64,000 nt of DNA from Candidatus Lustribacter sp. (lineage in GTDB: Bacteria; Vulcanimicrobiota; Vulcanimicrobiia; Vulcanimicrobiales; Vulcanimicrobiaceae): contig OZ255842.1 in assembly GCA_965277805.1 (NCBI GenBank), positions 1,440,001 to 1,504,000 on the forward strand, written 5' to 3'. Both the position numbers and the translations under genes were made by a program. Of the stretch, positions 9,591 through 17,865 are shown one piece after another. Numbering within the stretch: the first letter of the stretch is position 1; the number at the start of each line of letters is the position of its first letter. The notes beneath the pieces were generated by a model. The model searched no databases. It saw only the letters and a program-made list of their open reading frames with translations, and was not told the DNA's origin.

Positions 9591-10700
9591 GTGAACACAA
9601 CGACGTCATTTAGCGCGCCCGTCGGCTCCCTGACGGACGCCGAGCTCTGTACCCGTTGCGAGCTACTCCCGAAGCAAGAGTTCGGCGCGGGCCGGCTGCA
9701 TCTGGGCCTGCCGGTTGCGTTTGTCCTTCGCAAGACGCGCGCATTTCTCGACGCGTCAACGTGGTCGTGGCGCGAAGAGCCGAGGTTAATTACGATCGAC
9801 GTCCCCGCCGGCATGCTGGCGAACTATTGCCGCCGGCTGGAAAGCGAATACACGCCGGTCGAGCGCGACGAAATTCGCGCGCTGTTCGTGCCCGCAGGTC
9901 GCGAGCCCAGCTTAGCCGACTTTCTGGAAGCGGATTCTCTGCGCCGCGTCAGCGCACGCGCGAGCACCGGACTGCTCGTCGACACGCTCGGAAACCATCT
10001 CACGTGCCACTTCCAACCGATCGTCGACGCCGACTCGCTCGGCGTGTACGCGTACGAAGGACTGCTACGAACGACACCGGGGGCACCGCTGGCGTCAGTC
10101 GGCGATATCTTTGCCGTTGCCCGAGACGCCGACATGCTGCCGCACACCGATCTCGCCGCACGCAGAACCGTCATCGCACGAGCGGCCGAAACCGGGATCA
10201 CGGCTAAGCTGTTCATCAATTTCTGCCCCTCCGCGATCTACGATCCAAAATCGTGCTTGCGCTCGACGATCGAGGCGCTCGATGCGTTCGGGTTTGCGCA
10301 CGATAACGTCGTCTTCGAGGTCGTCGAGAGCGATGAAGTCGAGGATGCCGGCTACCTTTTGGACATTCTGAAAAGCTACCGGCAAGCGGGGTTCAAGGTC
10401 GCGCTCGACGATCTCGGATCGGGCTTCTCGTCGCTCAACCTGCTGCACGTCCTTCGTCCCGACTACGTCAAGCTCGACATCGCGCTCGTCCGCGACATCG
10501 ACCGCGATCCGTTCAAGGCAATGCTCGGCGGCAAAATCATCGAAGCGGCACGAGCGCTCGACATGTCGGTCGTCGCAGAAGGCATCGAAACGGCGAGCGA
10601 GCTCAAGTGGCTACGAGACAACGGTGCTAATCTTCTGCAAGGCTTCTATCTCGCTCGTCCTGCAGCCGAACCGGTGCGGACGATCACGCTTCCGGCCTGA
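9591..10700 (+). CDS. EAL-domain c-di-GMP phosphodiesterase
   Basis: FQPIV, YEGLLR, FINF, FEVVES, ALDDLGSG, YVKLD, AEGIET, QGFY; the catalytic residue set looks complete. Confidence 0.9.
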   Translation: MNTTTSFSAPVGSLTDAELCTRCELLPKQEFGAGRLHLGLPVAFVLRKTRAFLDASTWSWREEPRLITIDVPAGMLANYCRRLESEYTPVERDEIRALFVPAGREPSLADFLEADSLRRVSARASTGLLVDTLGNHLTCHFQPIVDADSLGVYAYEGLLRTTPGAPLASVGDIFAVARDADMLPHTDLAARRTVIARAAETGITAKLFINFCPSAIYDPKSCLRSTIEALDAFGFAHDNVVFEVVESDEVEDAGYLLDILKSYRQAGFKVALDDLGSGFSSLNLLHVLRPDYVKLDIALVRDIDRDPFKAMLGGKIIEAARALDMSVVAEGIETASELKWLRDNGANLLQGFYLARPAAEPVRTITLPA

Positions 10701-10715
10701 ATTTTGCCGGCGAAA

Positions 10716-11219
10716 TTATTGCGCGGGGATGGTAAAGCGAATCGCGCGGAACGCGGAGTGGGCCCCACACGTCGCACATTGCACGATCAGTTTCGTCGGA
10801 ACGAAATCCTTATCGACCGCGAACGCCTCTGACTGTCGCTCCGATGCGCCTTGTAAGATGTGAAGGTTCGCGTGTTTGAGGGCGTTCGTTGGAATTTCGA
10901 CGGAGATGCCGTCTTTGTCGGCGAGCGTGTACGTCACGAGACTGATGAAGTCGTCGTGCGTGCCGTTGCTGAGTAGCGATTCAAAAAACATCACTTTTTG
11001 ATTTGCCGTCGGACTCGTGTCGGGAATCTCGTCTGCGTTTGCGGAGCGAAATGACGTGATCTTCACGCGCAGCATGCCGTTGAAGACCGTCGTCCCGAGG
11101 TTGGCCGTGACGGCGGAGACGCCGTTTGCGCCTCCCGGAATAGGCGTCGGTGCGGCGCTCGCTTGTGAGAACATGCTGATGAGTAGACCGAGCGCGAGCA
11201 GGTGCGTTTGGGCGTACAT
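10716..11219 (-). CDS. Secreted hypothetical protein (167 aa, beta-rich, C-terminal CxxC)
   Basis: GGGAGAAG RBS before ATG 11219. Signal peptide ending QASA-A. Confidence 0.7.
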   Translation of the reverse strand: MYAQTHLLALGLLISMFSQASAAPTPIPGGANGVSAVTANLGTTVFNGMLRVKITSFRSANADEIPDTSPTANQKVMFFESLLSNGTHDDFISLVTYTLADKDGISVEIPTNALKHANLHILQGASERQSEAFAVDKDFVPTKLIVQCATCGAHSAFRAIRFTIPAQ

Positions 11220-11278
11220 GGTGCTTCTCCCAGGCGCAGATTTGTGCGCCGCGGCGATTGTAGGTAAGCGATGGGACG

Positions 11279-11311
11279 ATTTTAATATCGCGACGTGCCG
11301 CGGGCGTGCCG
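11279..11311 (-). promoter_or_regulatory. SARP-like heptamer direct repeat plus -10 (CGGCACG-CCCG-CGGCACG-N9-TAAAAT)
   Basis: Read on the minus strand upstream of the 11219 gene; same architecture at two other sites. Confidence 0.7.
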
Positions 11312-11340
11312 AACTTACGTGTCGCGAATACAAGTGATGG

Positions 11341-11553
11341 CTAGTCCGACGTATCGGCCGGCGAATCGGAGGCGCTTGCTTCTGACGAACGTAGCGCGCT
11401 GGCGATGAAATCAACGACCTCCGCCGGCGCGCTCAGGTAGCAACGGCGGCCGGTCTTGACCTCGTAAACGGAGCCGCGCCAGGAGCCTTGGCCGGCAGGG
11501 CCCGCTTCGTGCCACATCCGTACGAGAAAGACACATTCGCGACGACTCGACAT
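11341..11553 (-). CDS. Small hypothetical protein (70 aa)
   Basis: MSSRRECVFLVRMW...WRGSVYEVKTGRRCY. Resembles small proteins recalled near BTAD/STAND genes (not searched). Confidence 0.65.
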   Translation of the reverse strand: MSSRRECVFLVRMWHEAGPAGQGSWRGSVYEVKTGRRCYLSAPAEVVDFIASALRSSEASASDSPADTSD

Positions 11554-11573
11554 CACTGCACGCCGGTACTCAT
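11553..11573 (-). other. Putative leaderless mini-ORF MSTGVQ coupled (TGATG) to the 70-aa gene
   Basis: ATG 6 nt after the TACGCT -10. Sequence ATG AGT ACC GGC GTG CAG TGA overlaps the next ATG. Confidence 0.45.
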
Positions 11574-11579
11574 GACGGG

Positions 11580-11612
11580 AGCGTAACGCCGCGGCGTGCC
11601 GCACGCGTGCAC
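11580..11612 (-). promoter_or_regulatory. SARP-like heptamer repeat plus -10 (GTGCACG-CGTG-CGGCACG-N9-TACGCT)
   Basis: Minus strand, upstream of the 70-aa gene. Confidence 0.68.
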
Positions 11613-11686
11613 TCTTCGCGGTGAAGAGGCTCGCCGGGAGCTTGCTCGCCCGGATAGTCGTGCAGCCGAAATGAACGTTTATCGAA

Positions 11687-14600
11687 GTGAACAACGGGCG
11701 GACAGCGATCGCCACCGCGGACGGGCAACTCGATATCCGCTTATTCGGCCAAGCGAGCGTGCGCTTTAACGGTGCCCCGATCAAGTTCGCAAAGCGCGAC
11801 CGCACGATGGCGATGTTGGCTCGGATCATTTTGCAGCGCGGGTCTCCACTTTCGCGCGATGCTCTCGCCTACTCGGTCTTTCCCGACGACGAGGAAGCGA
11901 CGGCCGTAGCCGAGTTGCGGCGCTATTTATACCTCGCCGGCAAGGCGCTGCCCGAACCTTCCGGGGAACCGTGGCTCATCACCGACTCCGAGACGGTGCG
12001 ATGGAATATCGAAGCCGCCGCGACGATAGACGTGATCGCTTTCGAGGAGCTTGCACGCGATCCGAACTCCTACGAGCGCGCGTTCGACCTCTATACGGGT
12101 GACTTGCTCGAAGAGATTTATGATGACTGGATCGTTGCCGAACGCGAGCGGCTGAGAGCGCGGTATCTCACGATTCTCGACGATGCGCTCGCGCGCCATC
12201 GTTCGTCGCGTCGTTATCCAATGGCGATCGAATGCGCCAAGCGTATTCTCGCGATCGACCCGTTGCGCGAGGACACCCTGCGAGCGCTCATGAGTACACG
12301 CTATGCCGCCGGCGACACGGCCGGCGCACTCGCGGAATACGAGCGATTCGCGCGGCAGCTTCGCGACGAACTTTCGATAGGGCCGATGCCGGAAACCGTA
12401 GCGGTGCGACAAACGATCTTGCGAAACGAAGCTCTTCCGGGCGCGATCGCGGACGCTTCCGGCCGCCCCGGCGAGCGAATTCCAGCCACGCTACTGCCCT
12501 TCGCGGGCCGAACGCGCGAGATGGCTTCGCTCCATACGGCCTGGACGAGAGCTGCGCGCGGTACCGGAACATTCGTCCTGATCGAAGGCGAGGCCGGCAT
12601 CGGCAAAACACGTCTAGCCGACGAATTATCTCGCATCGTGCAGTCGGAAGGCGGCCGCGCCTTCGTCGGGACCACGGCAGCGCCGGAATCGAGCTCGTAT
12701 CAAGCGATCGTCGAGGCGCTGCGCTCGGCCATGCCGTTGCTGCTGGCGCGGCCTCCCCTTTCGGCGCGGCGCGCGACGCTCGGGCCACTGTTACCGGAAT
12801 TGCACGATTCCGCAACCCCGAACACCGTGCCGCCTGCGCAATCGGCCGAGCGCGAACTCGCGAGGTTATACGACGCGCTTGCAGATGCTCTTCGGATACT
12901 GGCCTCGCCTCGCCCGGCGCTGGTCGTCCTCGAAGACCTTCATTGGGCGGGGTCGGCGACGATCGAGGCGCTGGGCGCAATCGCAAAAGAATTGATTCGC
13001 GTTCCGATCATGATCGTCGCGACGTGCCGCGAAGAAGAAACGCCGCCGCACCACCCGCTGCGCGCGCTCGTGCGTTCTCTCGGAACGCTCGCAAACGCCA
13101 GTGAACTGCAAGTTTCGCGCTTCAGTGTTGACGAGGTCAGCGATCTCGTGGGGCGAGTCGACGGGCTTCGCGGCCTTCCGCCTGCCTTCGCCCGCGACTT
13201 GCACGCGCAGAGCGAAGGCAATGCGTTGTTTGTGAGCGAGTTCATCAGCGCTGCGCTCGAAGAGAATCACGGAACGCGCACCGACGCCTCGTCGATCGCG
13301 GGCGTCATCACCTCCCGCATCGCGCAGCTCGGCGAAGTTGCGATGACCGTAGCCGAAATTGCGTCGGTGGCGGGGGCGGGCTGCAGCATCGGTCTCGTGC
13401 GCGACGTCGCGAACCTGCCGGCGGCGGAGCTTGCGCGCGGCTTCGACGAGTTGCTCGACCGGCGCATATTGCGCGAGGCCGGCGCGCGCGCCCACTACGA
13501 CTATGTGTTCACCCATCATCTCATCGCCGAAGCGATATACGCGGGAATCGATCCGAATATGCGTGCGCGCCGACATTCGCGGATCGCCCGCAGGCTCGAA
13601 GCCGAGCAGCAGTTGAACGTTTCAACCCAGGAACGTGAGATCGCGCGGCATCACGAGCGCGCCGGCGAATCTGACGCAGCCGCTCACTGGTACGTCAAGG
13701 CGGCTGCTGCGGCGGCGCAAATGCACGCCTACGGTGATGCCGCCGATTTAGCGACCCTGGCGCTGCGTTTGTCGCCAAGGCCGGATGTCGAACGCTCGGC
13801 TCTTGATATTCGGGAACGGGCTTTCGGCCAACGGGGGGAACGCACGCTACAACGCGCGGATATCGATGCTTTAGAGCGGCTCGCCGGGACCGGCGCGCGC
13901 GAGCGGTTTGACGTGCTGATGCGCCGCGTGCTGCTAGCACGAACGCTCGGAGAATCGGACGAGGAAGGCCGCTTAATCGCCGAAATGCGTTCCGAGACAG
14001 GCATGGATGATGGAGCCCAAGCGCTGGCTCTGATCCAAGCCGCCACGCATTTGGGCTTGCGAAGCCGCCCGGCTGATGCTCTGGGTCCCGCTCGCGAAGC
14101 TCTCGCCATTTACGAGCGCATCGGGGACGTGCGCGGACAGCTCGAGTGTCTCTATGTGCTCGTCGACCAAACGGCCAATTTCGGCGATCTTTCCGGCTCG
14201 CGCGCATACTTGATGCAGATGCACAATCGAGCCGGGAACGTAGCAGATAAACTCGTGGAGGCGCGCGCGACGGCAGTGGCTGCACAAGCCGCCCTCTTGA
14301 GCGCCGACTATCGGGCGAGTTACGACCTATCCGTGCAAGCGCTGGCGCTTCAAATCGAGACGAACGATCGCGACGGTGAAGCCCAGTCGCGCGGACGCTG
14401 CGCCGTCTCCGCGGCGTGGCTGGGCGATTTTGCAATCGCGCTTCGCGAATTCGAACGAGCAATAGAAACCTACGCGTCGATCGGCAACAAGCGTGGCCTG
14501 GCGTTGACGTACACCAACCGAACGCTTTTGCTTATGCGGCTCGGCCTCTTCGAGGAGGCGATGCTCTCGATCCAGCAATCGAATGAACTTTTTATTGTCG

Positions 14601-15172
14601 CGCACGAGGAGCGCACCGTCGTCGCCAACCATGTCAACGCGAGCTTCGTCAAACTGCAGCTGGGTGATCCCGTAGCTGCTAAGACGCTAGCCAACGCCGC
14701 TCTCGACAGCGCGCGGGCCATCGCTTTTCCCATCTTCGAGGCGGCCGCGCTCGCAAATCTTGGCAACGCCGAGCGCGCCCTGGGGCAGTTCGATACGGCG
14801 ATCGCGCACATGGAAGCCGGCATTGCGCTGCGCCGTCCCTTACAAGAAGCCCGCGATTTTGTCGACGATCTCGCGGATCTGGCACTGGCCTACGCCGGTG
14901 CCGGGCGCAGCGCGGATGCGCTCGCAATCGCAGATGAACTGTGCGCAATCGACGGCGGCTCGTTTCAGAGTGCTCTCTGGCCTCACTATCCGCGTTGGGC
15001 CGTGGCTCAAAGCTACGCCGCCGCCGGCGAGTTAGATCGGGCCCGGGAGTCCGCGGCCCGCGCGCACGCGGACTTGTATCGATTTGCCGACCGCATCGAC
15101 GACGAGCGCGCACGCGCCGCGTTCTTGGCAGTTCCGATCAACGTTACGATTGCAACCGCAACGTTATTGTAA
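11687..15172 (+). CDS. SARP/AfsR-like regulator: wHTH + BTAD + STAND (AAA_16) ATPase + TPR
   Basis: IRLFG...LSRDAL (wHTH). LYTGDLL..DDWIVAERERL, DPLRE, LSIGPMPET (BTAD). Walker A GEAGIGKT, Walker B VVLEDLHW. Ala-rich TPR C-terminus. Confidence 0.9.
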   Translation: MNNGRTAIATADGQLDIRLFGQASVRFNGAPIKFAKRDRTMAMLARIILQRGSPLSRDALAYSVFPDDEEATAVAELRRYLYLAGKALPEPSGEPWLITDSETVRWNIEAAATIDVIAFEELARDPNSYERAFDLYTGDLLEEIYDDWIVAERERLRARYLTILDDALARHRSSRRYPMAIECAKRILAIDPLREDTLRALMSTRYAAGDTAGALAEYERFARQLRDELSIGPMPETVAVRQTILRNEALPGAIADASGRPGERIPATLLPFAGRTREMASLHTAWTRAARGTGTFVLIEGEAGIGKTRLADELSRIVQSEGGRAFVGTTAAPESSSYQAIVEALRSAMPLLLARPPLSARRATLGPLLPELHDSATPNTVPPAQSAERELARLYDALADALRILASPRPALVVLEDLHWAGSATIEALGAIAKELIRVPIMIVATCREEETPPHHPLRALVRSLGTLANASELQVSRFSVDEVSDLVGRVDGLRGLPPAFARDLHAQSEGNALFVSEFISAALEENHGTRTDASSIAGVITSRIAQLGEVAMTVAEIASVAGAGCSIGLVRDVANLPAAELARGFDELLDRRILREAGARAHYDYVFTHHLIAEAIYAGIDPNMRARRHSRIARRLEAEQQLNVSTQEREIARHHERAGESDAAAHWYVKAAAAAAQMHAYGDAADLATLALRLSPRPDVERSALDIRERAFGQRGERTLQRADIDALERLAGTGARERFDVLMRRVLLARTLGESDEEGRLIAEMRSETGMDDGAQALALIQAATHLGLRSRPADALGPAREALAIYERIGDVRGQLECLYVLVDQTANFGDLSGSRAYLMQMHNRAGNVADKLVEARATAVAAQAALLSADYRASYDLSVQALALQIETNDRDGEAQSRGRCAVSAAWLGDFAIALREFERAIETYASIGNKRGLALTYTNRTLLLMRLGLFEEAMLSIQQSNELFIVAHEERTVVANHVNASFVKLQLGDPVAAKTLANAALDSARAIAFPIFEAAALANLGNAERALGQFDTAIAHMEAGIALRRPLQEARDFVDDLADLALAYAGAGRSADALAIADELCAIDGGSFQSALWPHYPRWAVAQSYAAAGELDRARESAARAHADLYRFADRIDDERARAAFLAVPINVTIATATLL

Positions 15173-15211
15173 AACAGCCGAACCTACGCTTGCTTGGCAA
15201 CCACCCTCCGT

Positions 15212-15244
15212 CGGCACGCCTGCGGCACGCGCGACGAGTACGCT
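15212..15244 (+). promoter_or_regulatory. SARP-like heptamer repeat plus -10 (CGGCACG-CCTG-CGGCACG-N9-TACGCT)
   Basis: Followed 7 nt later by the in-frame ATG 15252. Confidence 0.72.
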
Positions 15245-15251
15245 CAGATCC

Positions 15252-17838
15252 ATGAACGGACTCGGATCGCTGCAGAAAGCTGGGTTGCCAATGATCGTGG
15301 GCAGAAATTGGAGGGCCATCGCGAGCATGATCGCTGTGCTCATCATGGTACCGGCTGCGGCGTCGGCCGACCCCACGCTGACCAAGCCGATATACAAGAA
15401 AATCGTCGTCACGCCGCCGGCGAAAAACGTCATTTGCCTTGACTTCAAGGTTGCGCCGAACGAGGGACTTCCCCCCGACGCTCAAGGGAGGCTGCTCCCT
15501 TGCGGGCGCGACGGCGGTGCACTTCGGCACCGCGGCGGCAGCGTTCAGGGTGCAGTCAGACGGCTCGATCGCAGCGACGCCTCCGGCACTTCCCGCCGGC
15601 AGCAGCGTCCCCGTCACCGTGACGCTACCGGGTGGGCAAATCATCGGCGGGGCAAGCACGCTCTATTCTTATCCGATCGCGGAGATGGATATGGAAGGCC
15701 CGTATTCGTTTCCGCTTGGGGAAGATACCAACTCGTATAACTGGTGGCTCGGTACCGACAGTCACTTTCTGCGCGAGAGCCAACCCGCAACGCTATCGTA
15801 TATAACACTCGGACCGACGCTATATGTCGGCGCGTATTTTAGCAATACGATCTACACCGAGTCGACTCAAGCCCCTTACGTTCTTGGAAATACCGGACTG
15901 TTTACTGCGAAGCTCCAGGTATGCACGGCTTCGAGCCCGTCCGGGGTTCCCGGCCTACCCGGGTTTCTGCCGACACCTGCGCCCGGCGACCCATGCACCA
16001 ATTGGGACAAGACGCCGGGTTATTGGAAAGACGTCACCAGTGCATCGGCATCGGTTCATGCGCCGAACGGAACCCAAACCGCTTCCCAATCGACGATCCC
16101 GCTTTCGACGTCGGGTCTCTTTGTCTCCGGAGACCCGTCGACGATGCAACTGGCGCGGACGTTGCGCATCATCTACGATTATCGTGAAAGCGATGACGAT
16201 CAGCAATTTGCCACGCGGGTCGGACTTGCACGTTTCGATGAGAAAAAGGGCCGACCGTTCAACGCCGTCATCGCGCCGACGGCGTTGTATCAGATGAAGG
16301 CAATCCCGTACACCATTGTCTACCAGCCGCCGGGCGATCAAAGCACGGTATCGTTTGCCGCTGCGACCACCTACGGAACGACGTATACGCTCGGAGCGAG
16401 TACCGAGAACGATACCTCCTCCACCGCCGAGCAGAATGAGACGACGAAGTTCAGCGAATCGTATGCCTTTGGATTGACGGCGGGATTCGGCGATACGAGC
16501 GTCTGGGATCAGACGGTAAAGCAAGGCTTCGGTGCAACGAACGGTACGACCGGCGTGGGCACGGGGTCAACGGCGTTCAGCTTTACTTGGCAGATCCCGG
16601 CGGCGCCCAGCCTTACGCCGGGCACCGGCGCCGTATGTGCGACGCTGACGAGCTGCGGTTCGCAAATCAGCCCGCCCAATGCCTACGCCGCCGAGCCGTT
16701 TTGGCTTGATACGTTCGTCTTGCTCATCCATCCGCAATATGCGTACTGGCAGCTTGCGGCCGGGAATCAGAACTATGTTCTCTACGGTGCCGTCCCCGTG
16801 ACCGCGGACGTCACGGTTGCGGAACTCGACGCATGCGCGCGCGGACAAATGTGGTTTCAACTGAATCCCTGCCAGGTCGAGTATTCCGACAGCGACATAA
16901 CGGCGGCTAACGGTCAGCCGATTTCGTACGCCGGCGTGACGCGGACGTTGACGCTGACGGCCTCGGAAGCCGCTCATCTCTTAGCCCTCGATCCCTTTTA
17001 CGCTCAGGGCCAAAATGCAAACATCCTCACGAGTCGAGCGACGCCGATTGCAAGCGCCAGTTACGGTGCAAGTATCGGCGCGCCCGCCCGTCCCTATGTG
17101 ACCAACCTTACAAATTCCGCTTCGAACCAGCAGACGGGCTCGACTAATTTGCAATACTCGTCGAGCGTGACGACCGTCGTCAGCGACGATCCGAACATGA
17201 CGGGTGGGGCGACGAGCAGCGGTTCGGGCGGGCCGGTGACTTACACCACCACCCTCGCTTACGACGACCTCACCAAGAACACGAATGAGACGGATCTAAA
17301 AACGACATTCAGCAACTCGACCGCCGTTTCAAATCAGCGTGTAACCACGGCAAACGTCGTTCTCAACGACATCGACGACACGAGCACGACGTGCAAAACG
17401 TGTCACAACCCGTTAGCGCACCAGCCGTCGGTGAACATCTATTTCGATCGGGTCTTTGGGACGTTCATGTTTCAAGATCCGGGCGCCGTTCGGTCGACGG
17501 TGTTCACGAAGCCGCTATGCTGTGATGTTCTGCTGCGGGGTCTTCTCGCTCACGAAGCACATCTGCGGCGGTTCAGCGACGTCCCGGCGGGCGACCCCAA
17601 TGCCGCTGTCCTGGGCTTGATGGCCCGAGCCGGACTCATACCGGCCGTGTCGGCGGGCAAGTTTGCGCCCCAAAGCGCCGTGAGCGCGACCCAAGTGTCG
17701 CAAGCGGTTGCCCGGGCGCGGTCGCATGCCGGCCGCCTTGCGGTGCAGCCCTCGGTCACGCTCAAACCCGGTACAACCGAGACGCGAGAACAAGCCGCGG
17801 TGGCGCTCTTCAAATCACTGACGACGCCGCCGCGCTAA
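15252..17838 (+). pseudogene. Frameshifted secreted protein: signal peptide + IPT/TIG + Ser/Thr-rich beta core + SLH (about 861 aa if one base is removed near 15471-15476)
   Basis: Signal peptide (PAAASA-DP) and the IPT start VAPNEG are in one frame. The IPT remainder (GATAVHFG..FRVQSDGSIAATPP..VPVTVT) and SLH (FSDVP...FAPQ...TREQAAVAL) are in the +1 frame. Confidence 0.7.
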
Positions 17839-17865
17839 GGACGCCTTGATGCTAACGTTGGCGTA

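Noticed and set aside
11687-15172. Avs-type antiphage STAND effector
   Set aside because: The N-terminus is wHTH-BTAD (transcription activator), not a nuclease, SIR2 or protease effector
15084-15740. Stand-alone 218-aa protein
   Set aside because: Only 15252-15475 looks coding; the rest is the out-of-frame tail after the frameshift
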